In this document: one piece after another, positions 1 through 10,729 of the stretch | Numbering within the stretch: the first letter of the stretch is position 1 | How the letters are laid out: every line of letters starts with the position of its first letter | Assembly: GCF_001186125.1 (NCBI RefSeq) | Contig: NW_014040055.1 | Coordinates: 1 to 36,993, forward strand | DNA: 36,993 nt | Origin: Sphaeroforma arctica JP610 | Taxonomy: Eukaryota | Reading direction: 5' to 3' | The notes under the pieces: model-generated | Database searches by the model: none | What the model was told of the DNA's origin: nothing | Seen by the model: only the letters and a program-made list of their open reading frames with translations | Position numbers and translations under genes: made by a program

Positions 1-82
1 ATATAGGGTTTTAGGGTTTTAGGAAATAAAATTGAATAACTATTGCTCAGATTCTAACTACTAATCTCACGCGCGTGTAGGT

Positions 83-1213
83 ATGAAAGTAAGCTTTAAT
101 GCTGAAAATAGCTGTAAGATTCGGATCTCAGCTGAACGAATAGAAAAAGGGCTGTATCGACACACGAAAGAGGTGACGAATCATACTTGTACAGCTAAAA
201 GTTACCAAGAAAGCCGTATAAGAGGTATCAAAAATATAGTGTTTAACTGGGATTTTGTTTGTATATATTTTCTGTTGGCACTGTTCACGCAAAATTGATG
301 CTGTCGGGCTTTGCCACCTGACTATTGCCAATTTATTTGCAGAGCACAACATGAAGATACTCAAAACCGGCAAGTCTTTGAAAGTATTAGAAAAGTATAC
401 TATCCCACAATTTAAGGCAGTCAAACATCTTGACTCCGCTTTACAAGTACACGCAGGGTTGATACTCAAACCACCACAATTGGAAGGGCATGTGAGAACA
501 GTATCAAACCGTACATCGTTGGATCACATAAAACATTTGAAACTAATAGACTCTGCAAGATATATATTTATGAGGGTTCCAGACACTACACTCCTAGTGC
601 ATAAAACTATATGTACCTACTTAGAAACCAATATTCCTATGTACGACGGAATCTACTTAGTACTTGGTGACATGAAGTGGTTTATGAGTATCTACCAAGA
701 TGGGGTGCTTTTGATGTTGCACATATGAATACTATTTCCGGTGGTGTACTTCAATTTTTCACCACATACAATGCTAATGACCATATGAAGTTGTTAACTA
801 TTTCGACAGCGGGCAAAGAGAATGGAAACGGGCCGTACTGGAACAGGTTCAAAGAGCTCTCTGATAGATGTCTTCCAAATATGTCGGCGTATCTCGTAGA
901 TAAAGAACAGGGTAAGTATTTTCATTTTAAATTTTCTAGTTGCGATACCATGTTTAAAGTGGGACAACTCTATATTTATTTATTTTTTATGCAGAACAGC
1001 TATTTGATAATTAAGTATAATTGTGTTTTATTAGGCATTCATCAGAGCATCGCAAATTCAGTGCATCAAGTTCAAGCTAGAACTTGTATACTCCATATCA
1101 TCAAAAAAGTGATGAACAAAGGTCTACTCGGTAGAAACGATAAACCAACTCATCAATCGACAATTGCTATGGCTAAAGCAGCTACCGAACAAGGATACAA
1201 CTACCACACTCAG
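83..1213 (+). pseudogene. Mutator/MULE DDE transposase relic (spliced, frameshifted, 3'-truncated)
   Basis: ORF 83-298 has a MuDR-type N-terminal motif (SCKIRISAE...TKEVTNHTC). ORF 677 onward reads GAFDVAHM..GGVLQF..YNANDHMKLL..GKEN..YWNRF..SAYLVDKEQG. After removing intron 912-1034 it continues IHQSIANSVHQVQARTCILHIIK, giving the MULE first Asp, second Asp and CxxH signature. A frameshift lies near 675 and the catalytic Glu region is missing. Confidence 0.8.
912..1034 (+). other. Spliceosomal intron (123 nt, phase 1) in the MULE transposase
   Basis: GTAAGT donor at 912 and T-rich TTAG acceptor ending at 1034. Removal restores MULE spacing between the second Asp (DKEQG) and CxxH. Confidence 0.7.
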
Positions 1214-1248
1214 GTAAATACCTATTTATATACAGGCGAGACTCGAAA

Positions 1249-1444
1249 TTGCTACTGCGGGGATATCACAAAGCTGCGATCTATGGGTCCGATTCCCCGA
1301 CTTCCAGAAGTTTTCTGTGGACAGCGTGTTGTCGCAGCGCTACTGAGTCCTGGGGACAAGGGGACTCGTGCCTAATAGGTTACAGTTTTGTGATATCCTC
1401 GTAGTAGCAAGTTGATTAACCACTACTACTACGGGGATATCACA
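1249..1444. repeat. Three copies of a ~20-28 bp motif in forward/reverse/forward order (MITE/foldback-like)
   Basis: TTGCTACTGCGGGGATATCACAAAGCTG (1249-1276); its reverse complement with 3 mismatches at 1383-1410; direct copy CTACTACGGGGATATCACA at ~1426-1444. Confidence 0.75.
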
Positions 1445-2001
1445 GCAGTGGGGATAGTGAACATGTAGAAAAGAAGTAAAAGGAGATAATCAACGTAGAT
1501 ACCAATATAGTGATAGGTACTGTGGCAGAGTCGAAGACATTTTATATCGGCGGCTGGATCTTGCAGGAAAACATAGTGTTACAATGTTGCGGACCAGGGA
1601 AGTGGATAAAAGGCTCGCTTATATCCGGAGTATTCTGCCATTTGTCGCAATTACCTTCTCCGGCTGTTCGTTTCTGTGATGCTGATGCACATAGAGTATG
1701 AATGAAGGACTTACACAAGTAACATAGGGCAGAAAGCTTACGACTTAAGGAACCTTCACATGAGTCTGAAATGATCTCAGTATTGATCGTGTGAAATCAT
1801 AGGAACCCACATTGTAATTTGGCAATTGTTACATTGTACAAAACAAATGCTACAGTTACTATTTGAGTGGAATGCCAAATCCTGCTAGAGCTGCCGAACA
1901 ATTCAATTATATAGTACGATGGATGAAATGTTACCTCACAGATAATGTTACATACAACCTTGAAGTAGTCGGTATAAACCAACACAACAGTTTAAGCTGT
2001 G
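1445..2001 (+). pseudogene. Ulp1-like (peptidase C48) domain relic, copy 1
   Basis: CGPGKWIKGSLI resembles the PG.WLND motif; later NPHCNLAIV and NQHNSLSC. It is a nucleotide-level inverted homolog of 5010-5800 and lies downstream of the MULE transposase on the same strand. Confidence 0.65.
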
Positions 2002-2243
2002 CAAACCCTCCTTTAAACGCCTCCTGCTGGACTGGTCCCTACTTTAAAGGGATCATCTTTCTTACTGAGATCCAAGATAAGTGCAAATGTTACCTCACAG
2101 ATAATGTTACATACAACCTTGAAGCAGTCGGTATAAACCAACACATCAGTTTAAGCTGTGCAAACCCTCCTTTAAACGCCTCCTGCTGGACTGGTCCCTA
2201 CTTTAAAGGGAACATCTTTCTTGCTGAGATCCAGGATAAGTGC
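1926..2243 (+). repeat. Tandem duplication, 2 x 159 bp
   Basis: Near-identical units start at 1926 and 2085 (AAATGTTACCTCACAGAT...GATAAGTGC). Confidence 0.95.
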
Positions 2244-2570
2244 CGTGAAACGGGAATTGTTTGGAATCTACTGGCTCCGATAGTTAATTGTGTGTTACCA
2301 GGAAGCCAATATGTCCTTGTCCATGGGTGGGGGCAAGCGCAGGATAGATTTCATTCTATCCTCGCTGATAGCAGATCTTTCCTCACCCATCAACCTTGCC
2401 AAGGCCAGAACCGGCCGGTCGAAGAAATCAAAACAGCAATTATTCAAATTCAGCTTGACATTGTGCTTCTTGCATCCTGCAATCAAAGCCTTGATGCCCT
2501 TCCAATGCTTCTTGGCGTCATTTTCGCCAACCTGATAGAGGCAGATGATGCATCCGATTTCGTCACAATT
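2162..2570 (-). pseudogene. Ty3/Gypsy reverse transcriptase C-terminal fragment (a family distinct from A/B)
   Basis: Minus-strand translation ..KHNVKLNLNNCCF..LARLMGEE..EDRMKSILRLPPPMDKD..LSKKDVPFK matches Gypsy RT domains 6-7 and the thumb, with stops. Confidence 0.65.
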
Positions 2571-2770
2571 TAGTAGTTAAGAAACCAAAACCATGGATAC
2601 AAGTATTTTCATATTTTCGATGATAGAGGATATCTTATTCCACATAGGAACGTGATTTATACAGCAGACGCGCCGTTCATATTAATATTTCTGACTGAAT
2701 TCACTTATTCATACTGAGCACTCTTTAAAAAGCGCTACTCGGTTTTGACTACAGCCCTATCAGCCGACTT
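2571..2770 (+). repeat. Partial copy of the LTR-like repeat with PBS-like motif (inverted relative to 31264-31445)
   Basis: CACATAGGAACGTGATT..TACAGCAGACGCGCCGTTCAT and GGTTTTGACTACA are reverse complements of sequence at 31264-31385. Confidence 0.75.
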
Positions 2771-2963
2771 TTATGATACAAATGAGGGCAATGTACACGC
2801 TGGGTCAGTGTAATATTGTCATACTAGCGCTGAAGTCTATTAGGATTGCAATGCTGCAATTCCGAAGCTGCTTCCAAAGCTGCACTGAAACCTTCTGGAT
2901 GCAATATGATGAGCTACAAACATATCTCTAGTATGTTGATCATATGTATTGATAATTATTTAT

Positions 2964-3400
2964 AGTATGTGGATCATGTATATTGTCTGCAATCTTAAAT
3001 CATCTAAAAATGGCTTTCCAATCAGTAGCTAGTAGCTCCCGTAACACCTTGTTAAACGGTACACAATGTGACAGCATATCCGGTAAGTATTTGTATACAC
3101 CAGGAGCACATGTTATACCAATAGAAAATTTGCAATCGTGTCATGCAACCGACTTACCATCTGTGAGTTGGGGTTCATGTCCTCAAGATGTTGCAATGAT
3201 TTCTGATCACATACTATATTAAAGTGTATACCATACAAATAGTCCTTAAAATGAGTGAATGCAGTCACAATAGCTGAAGCTTTTGTTGTACTGTCGGGTA
3301 ATTGATTTGTGACGAGGTCATGGCTCTGCTAAAACACTGAATGTACCTTGCTTCCCCATCAATCATTTGATACAATACACCTCTGAGTGCCAATTCGGAA
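2964..3400 (-). pseudogene. Decayed RNase H of Gypsy family B, reaching the start of the methyltransferase domain
   Basis: Collinear nucleotide similarity to 21450-21890 (e.g. AGTCCTTAAAATGAGTGA, AATTGATTTGTGACGAG, GGGGTTCATGTC). Confidence 0.9.
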
Positions 3401-3404
3401 TCAT

Positions 3405-3794
3405 AGTCAGCTGATAGGTTGGCCAAGTATTTAGTCAAACCCGATTAACGCTTAGTTAAGAGTGTCAAGTCTGGACAAGTTAACCAGTCAGAAGTGCCGT
3501 TGTAAACGGTGCGACTGCTGTATTTATTAAACACGTTCCTATGCGGAACGAGATTTTCTCTACCAACGGCTGATTGTGAAAATACCTGTATCTGTTGTTT
3601 TGGTCTCCTAGCTACTAAATGATGAATCATCCTTCTCTATCATTAAATTTTCTCTTATACTATATGGTTCGGTCCCCTGACCCGGCTCTGAAATATTCAT
3701 TTTGGTCTGGTCCTCTGGTCCAGTCTTGAAATCCATTTATAGGTCCGATCCTCTGGCCCGATCCAAAATCTCCGTCTAGGGTACCTTGTCCACA
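3405..3794 (-). repeat. LTR-like repeat with PBS-like motif and short leader, copy 2
   Basis: Collinear with 31264-31670 (GTCAGAAGTGCCG, CACGTTCCTATG, GAGATTTTCTC, TGGTCTCCTAG and GGTCC..TCCTCTGG subrepeats). Confidence 0.8.
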
Positions 3795-4158
3795 GACCTG
3801 CCAAGTTGAGTGTTGGTGCGTTTTTAAGAATATTTCCCCGTGGTAACATTATAATGAAATACAAGGTGGATATCTTAATTGTAATTTAATCCTATATGTC
3901 GTAAATAATTTCTGAGAAAAACCAGTCAGGCAGCTGTTAAATATTATATTACGTTGTACATTAATTCCAAACTTCTGCTTAATAAAAAAAAATTTACTGA
4001 AATATATACTACTGTCGTAAGTAATATTGTTGTTCCTTCCTTAGATAAATTTAATAACTAAATATCATACCCGCTATATAAGCCCTGTCGCTACTCCCGC
4101 GAATTCATCGATATTTATAGCCGTTGGTTTTTATTGGCGAACATATGAATCTAGTTAC

Positions 4159-4211
4159 ATATATATATATATATATATATATGCACATTTANNNNNNNNN
4201 NNNNNNNNNNN
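4159..4211. repeat. (AT)12 microsatellite (4159-4182) followed by a 20-N assembly gap (4192-4211)
   Basis: Directly visible in the sequence. Confidence 0.95.
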
Positions 4212-4559
4212 GACTTTCGAGAGCAGATTAAGTTTCTCAACCGATTCCCGAGAGTGGATCAAGTCCGTCAACCGCAACATTCTAAAAATAGCTGCGGTTC
4301 TATGTGAGTCACAAACTATGCGGGAAGGCATCACGTGGTCAGCGTGAAATTTAGTTGCAGAGAAGTTAAATAGAATAGCATCGAAGTTTTAAAGTGTTCT
4401 GCCTAAGGTTTCTCATACTGACCATATGAGTTTATACCCTGGCCAGCCAAAGTGGTTGAACACTACCACAAACACCTTAGGTATAAAACCAAAGGTGAGG
4501 TCAGAAATAAATATATACATTTGCACTTTATTTAAAGTCTACTACATTGCACTCTAACA
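4212..4559 (+). mobile_element. Partial LTR of the Copia family (solo or 3' LTR, cut by the gap), opposite orientation to the full element
   Basis: Diverged reverse complement of 12207-12555, ending ...ACTCTAACA at 4559; contains TATAAAA (~4482) and AATAAA (~4506). Confidence 0.92.
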
Positions 4560-4966
4560 CTGGTGCGCAACTCACATGATCTGTGATGTTATTTTGCAGG
4601 AACATAAGAGAATAGTTCTTTGGAAGCCCGTTTTCGAATTCTGTTGTGATGTTGGACACTTGTGACATACTCGTGCGAAGACAATGCCTCCAAATCATGC
4701 AAGAGTTGTGAATTTTCGGATACTGCTCTAGCATAGGAATAATCTCATTTATTCAAGATGGTAGTAGTATACATTCTTATTAATCAGTGGGAACGGTTGA
4801 TTACTGACTAGGTCAGGTAGTTTTATATACAATCGGGTCGGTAGTCGCCCTTTGCTGGCCGGTACGGGCCGTTTCCACCTAATTTTTGCCAGTTTTAAGA
4901 GCCGTTCGAATATTCAAGGTGGGTGGGTATTCTGCACTCTGGTTGGATGAGTGGGGTTTTTTTTCT

Positions 4967-5815
4967 TCAATTCCTGAGCGAGATTCGGACTTGCGCACAA
5001 AGTAAAACTCCACAACTAAAACTGTCGTGTTGGGATACACCGCATATGTACTCTAATGTTATATCTAACATCCATCGTACTATATAATTGAATTGTTCGT
5101 CAGCTCTAGTAGGACTTGGCATTCCACTTAAAACAGTAACTGTAGGGTTTGTTTTGTACAATGTAACAATCGCTAAGTCCCAATGTGCGTTTCTATGATT
5201 CCATAGGTTCAATATTGAGATCTTTTCGGACACCTGTGCAGGTCCTTTCAGTCGTAAGCTTTCTGCCCTATGATACTTGTGTAGGTCCTTCATTCATATT
5301 CTACGTGTATCTGCATCACAGAAACGACCAGCCTGGGTGGATAATTGCGACAAATGGTAGAATATTCCGGATATATGCGAGCCTTTTATTCATTCTCCTG
5401 GTTTGCAACATTCTAATACAATGTTTCCCGGCAAGATCTAGTCGCTGATATAAAATGACTTCGGCTATGCCGCAGTACCTATCGCTACATTGGTATCTAT
5501 CTTGATCATATCCTTTCGTGATACTTGTGTAAGTCCTTCATTCATATTCTATGTGCATCAGCATCACAGAAACGAACATCCTGGAAGGGTAATTGCGACA
5601 AATGATGAAATATTCCAGATATAAGCGAGCCTTCTATCCATTCTCCTGGTTTGCAACCTTTTAATATAATATTTCCCGGCAAGATGCAGTCGCTTATATA
5701 AAATGACTTCGACTATGCCGCAGTACCTATTGCTACATCGGTATCTTCGTTGATCATCTCCTTTCGCTTCTTTTCTACATGTTCACTTTTTCCACTGCAT
5801 ATTGTACAAAAGGCG
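4967..5815 (-). pseudogene. Ulp1-like (peptidase C48, SUMO/ubiquitin-like protease) domain relic, copy 2
   Basis: ORF 4967-5293 has NHRNAHWDLAIV (catalytic His in the HW.L motif) and SQHDSFSCGVLLC (oxyanion Gln plus catalytic Cys, Q.xxxxCG). KPGEWIEGSLI lies upstream. The catalytic Asp is not evident. Confidence 0.75.
5271..5766. repeat. Diverged tandem duplication, 2 x 248 bp, inside Ulp1 copy 2
   Basis: Units begin TGATACTTGTGTA at 5271 and 5519 and end TCCTTTCG, with many substitutions between them. Confidence 0.92.
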
Positions 5816-7389
5816 GCACTCTCTTTCTCAACAACGTAGATCGATAAAATGTATTTTTGCTAGCCATCAACACTTTAGACTCGCCAAGCGTCTTACTTCC
5901 TTTGGCTAGGCGTGCATTGCGGTATGCAATCAGTTTTTCTCTCGTTGGAGCACCCGATGCAAGGATTTGGCCTGATATGTTCGATGTTCTAATTCTTCTG
6001 GCACTGCACTGCTAATTATAAGATGAAAAATAGGGGATCAGTCAAAACTGTGCCGAGCTTCATCTTACAGAGAAATGACAATCATTCTCAAATATGTAAA
6101 ACTCACCTTGATACGTAGTCATTGTCGTTGTTGCTAGCTGTTGTTCTCATTCGACTGGATGTGCATTCCTTTTCTGCACTGATGAAAGAAGAGCCTGTCT
6201 CCAAATAATGTACATTTTCGTCAGCAAACACAAGTTTTATGGCCGAAAATGTACTTATAGTCTTTACACTAACTCAAATATAGTCTTTACATTAACTCAA
6301 ATATCAGAGATATACAGCCTGGAGAATATCCTTTCACTGGTTTTCTTGTCGCATCTCACAGGCGAATTTTCCAAAATCTGTGATCAAGAGGGCGATTTAA
6401 ACCATAAACTATAAATGTCAGTTTTTGTATTACATGTTGAAAATTTTCGATATCAATTTGATGCGGTTACTGAAATGGTTCACTCCCATACATCCGGCAG
6501 AATTAGGGGAGAGAATAAGGAGTAAAATATCTCTCACTTTTTCATATTGCTTGTTAATTTGATGTAGAGAAGCTCTCTCTTGATATTCCCCCGAATCAAT
6601 CGCTTTTTCCAATTGCGGCATCAGTTTTTCGATACACGTAGTATTGCGTCTTGCATTTTTCCTGCGAACGGATTTTTGTTTTAGTCGTGATCATTAAAAA
6701 AAAAGCCCTTGATTCTCTCATCAGCATCGATTCAACGATTTAAAGGAACCGAATAGACATACCTGACAGATGACGTTGATGGAGGTGGCGCATCAGGCGT
6801 TGGTATTTTCCGTAGGGGCGAATCCTTGACGGTGTCACTGTTTTGGTCCGCTGAGCGCATCTTCGTTGACGTTTTTTTTTGTCTGTGCGTTTGAGCAGGT
6901 GATTCACAACACTTGGAAAATAGCTACACAATATATCACAAGCAACAAACTTAACAAGGCACCATATATAAGAATCAATATGCATATTCTCTGCACGTCG
7001 AAGGCCAGAGCTTTGAGACATTTAATGGCGAATACTTGTGTGTAGGCTTAAACGTCGCAGGATACCTTATACTTTTTAGTCTAATTAACTAGAAATCTAT
7101 ATAAATACACTGGTCAATTCAGAAATAAAAAATTTCAAATAAATAATCAGCCCAGATTTAGTCCCTTTTTATATATTTATATATAACTAAAAGCACATAC
7201 GTTTATGACTAAAAACACATACTTTTATTGATAAAAGTATATGCGTTTCTATTTCTATCCACCTAATGTGCGTATGCCTACCAGTATACTAGTTCACTGT
7301 TCAAATATCGAAAGACTGTCCTTTTTACTCACATTATTATAGGTTCGATGTGACAATCTCGTGCCTGCTGTGCCGCCAACGATCAATGG

Positions 7390-9805
7390 TTACAGGTGAC
7401 AGCTACATGCTGTACCTGACCCCCCCTTTCATACTTAATGAGTATTATTTTTTCTTCTTTTTAAGAACACTTGTTTTGAAGAGTGTGGCGTGGTGAACTC
7501 ATGGGCATATTCGAATTGGGCACGCTGTTCGCGACTCCGTCACAGCGTCTTTACATGTCCCGCCTTATACGTAATAATGCTATACCAACTCAACACCTCT
7601 CAGAACGAATCTATCAACTGTGTGCAATACAACACGCCCGAAGCTGCGGGTACTCACCGACTCTAAGGTTGCTCGCCGCTATGCCAGAGTGTACAGGGTA
7701 CTCGCCTGCACTCTAAGTATATAGACATACTTGCCACCTACGACTAAACACTCGTGTTTTAGGGGTTTAGGGTTTGTTTCTTTCCTGATTTTCTTTCCAA
7801 TGCACTTATAGCAGCTTTGCATCGCGTCGTGTAGTGTTGTTCTTTAGATTTGCTGTATGATGCAACGTAGCATTCTCCTATAATAAAAATACTTCTACTA
7901 CTTGCAAACTGTTTAGATATCTGACTCGTTCCATGTATGTGTGTCAGCTAGTGTGAAAGCTATGCGCATGCCGTATATCTAACTAATAAACTTAGTTCAT
8001 GTGGATATCATATATCTTACTAATAAAACTTAATCTATGTACAAGTATTTTCTTAAAACAAACCTATGATATTGTATCATACATTCGTTCGTGCATTTGC
8101 CACACGCGCACGCAGAAAGAAGGCAACCCCGGCCAGACATACCATCAACCCAGGCTGCTTTAATCTTGTCCCAGCTGTCGCTGACGTCGACTCTCACGCG
8201 TCTGAATCAGCTTACGATATGCTGGCACTACGTTCGGATCGTCGAAGGCATCTGCTGTTACCCATGTAGGAGAGACTTCCAACCAGATAACCAAGTATTC
8301 TGATTACTGAGTCGCCTTGTTGTGGCGGTGTGATAAGATGTGTCGGAATGTCGATCGCTTTTCTCCCAAAAGTGATTTATCAAACGGTGGCTCCGTAGCG
8401 CGACGTACTAGCCTGATAATCTCAAACAGAACTGGACAGTCTTGAGCTCAGGCGGCTTGCTTTCGCCCTTTGCTCGTAGATGGTATTTCTGATTCTCCCG
8501 ACTGTGAACTGCGTATGGTCCAATCAATGATTTCGTGGCTTTGGTCGTAGCCCCTTGGGTATCATGACGTTACGCATCGGATCAGTAGCCTCCGCGATAG
8601 TATCACCAGGTAAGTCATCTGTCAAATTTGCGAACGGGACATGGCGGCGACCCAAAAAAATCACTGAAAGGTGCAGACTTATAGCGCCGTAATATCCAAA
8701 GGTTCTGATAAAACATAGTAAACGGTAGACGCTCATCCTTAGTTCCGGACAGCCAACACATAATGCGCGCGCACATTTGTAGGGTTTTTTTGTACCGTCG
8801 CTCTGCAGCACCCGAGGTCTGAGGGCAGTATGACTGAGATGTCTTGTGTATGATTCTGAGTGCCCGCGTAATCGATTTTACGTCTTTACGATAATATTCA
8901 CAAATTGGATACTCTCGTTACTCTGAATATTACGAGAAGAATCATGCTCATCAAACACAGACATTGATTCTGTCACCATGGTCTGTGCATCCTTTACAGG
9001 TTTTGCCCGAAGAATACAGTACCCCAACGCCACATCCAATAGATGTGGAATAAACTTGTTTCATATAGTGGATCAATGTGGCCACCATAGGAATGAGATC
9101 CAATTGTATATGATCGCACGGGTACCGTGCGGCAATACTCATTAAAGGATGGAATCCCTTATTCATAGTATTATTGCCTAAAGCACGCACGACATAATTT
9201 ACAGATCCCTTGTTCGAATTGTGCCCATCATTCCGTATGCGTTGCAAAGTTACCGCCGGCGCAGGATGCCCTTGTTCATGAAATTGCTATGTTAACTGTA
9301 CGCGACGATTTTCTTCCTCGTGCCCTGGATAATTGATCACTGTTGCTCCCACACATACTTCAGCAGCCTGTCCCGCAATTTGTCGTGTACGTCTAGCCAT
9401 CTCCTCCTGTGCCCAGTTGTCATGATAACGTCTAGCTATCTCCTCCTGTGCCCAGTTGTCATGATAACGTGTAATAGCTTCATCATATTCAGGCACTTCC
9501 TGAACCAGATCGCACCCGAACGATGGATTAACCTTCTAGCCAGAGGGAGGTGCAATACGTACAACACAGTATGCTCCCTTTCCACAGACTTGTGTGCCAA
9601 GTTTCAAGTATGTATGGGCCGTATGCGAGATAAGTAGCGGGTCCGTCTACATCAACGACAGGTGTAATGGAAACCACGGCGTCCGTGTGTTCAACGGTAA
9701 ATATATTGTTGCAAACGCCTTGTCAGCCAACACCTTGCGCAGTACCTTATGTATAAGGCGTCAGGGTGGGTTCATCCATGCACTGCATATACTCCTGTCA
9801 TATTT
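7390..9805 (-). mobile_element. Decayed 3' half of Gypsy family A (methyltransferase, integrase, chromodomain, 3' repeats)
   Basis: Collinear with 23800-26690: AWMNPP*RLIHKVLRKV..IYLPLNTRTPWFP (~9670-9785), KGFHPLMSIAARYPCDHIQLDLIPM (~9080-9165), chromodomain region ~8130-8350 and 3' repeats 7500-7760. Confidence 0.93.
9389..9471. repeat. In-frame 39-bp tandem duplication (RYHDNWAQEEI/MAR x2)
   Basis: ACGTCTAGC.ATCTCCTCCTGTGCCCAGTTGTCATGATA occurs twice; the homologous region at ~26310-26350 has a single copy. Confidence 0.9.
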
Positions 9806-10729
9806 AACTCAAGTGGCACACCATCGACCGGGAAATTCAACCGTACTGCCAAATACGATTGTGTAAAAGTCAGACTAACCAGGCTGACTATCGATGTCAA
9901 TAAGTTAACGTAAAAGAAAGTACGATTTCAAAGTGAATTTGCAGAATGTAATTTTAAGTTTAGCTTCAGCCCTTGATAATGAGCTAAAAGATTAGGGGAT
10001 TTAAGACTGAGACTGTTGTCTTTATGGCTCCGCTTTAATCACTCAATACTTCGGTCTAGATTTATTTGGTGTCAGTAACTAATATCAGATTTCATTTCAA
10101 TGGATGTTTGATATTTCATTCTATATCATTTCATGCCTCAAAACAATCTTCCAATCGCAATTACCAATAAAATAACTTTAAGTCCAACTTAAGAAAATCA
10201 AAAGAAATCAAAAACACAATGATGGTACAGTGAAATGTCTGTACCTATACCCCATCACATGGTACCTAGCTCTCTATCCCATTGAAGGCATAGACGGGCA
10301 CATCTAGTCGGGTGGCTAGGGAGGATCATTTTCATGCCCCATTTCTCAGTGGGCTATCTCGCGCTGGGAGTATTTGGTAATACAACATGTGTCATCAAGT
10401 GTCAATATCACCTGAGACTCACTCAATTGTTATATCCCAATATTCTGATGGAAAACATATCATTGTAGAAAAACCATCTTATCAATATCAACAGAGTCCC
10501 CGGCCTCTGTCGTATACAATTATATTTCCAAATATCCCAAAATAGATTATTTGTTTGTTTGCTTTCTGCCAATTCAATAGATCTATATTTGATTATTTGA
10601 TTATTATACAGATACAAATATCTACAATTGCGTTTCAACGTATACCAGGTTTTATAACCGTAAAAGCGTTTAAACGGTAATACGTTTATAGTATACGTTA
10701 CCATGTGCTTCTACTATAGGGATAATATT

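Noticed and set aside
4..23. Telomere-like TAGGGTTTTAGGGTTTTAGG
   Set aside because: Only ~2.5 units, and G-rich on the strand pointing into the window; too short to call a telomere, although upstream sequence is unseen.
4560..4575. TGGTGCG after the partial LTR as a PBS
   Set aside because: The true 5' LTR of this family is followed by a different sequence, and no gag follows here.
5816..7050. Short minus-strand ORFs as a host gene
   Set aside because: No recognisable domain; possibly decayed exons upstream of the Ulp1 relic, but not supportable.
7420..7430. C-run as the PPT of family A
   Set aside because: It is absent from the better-preserved copy, similarity continues on both sides, and no TG-starting LTR follows directly.
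7757..7775. TTTTAGGGGTTTAGGGTTT telomere-like patch
   Set aside because: It aligns with the GT-rich tract of family A (24529-24560), so it is part of the element.
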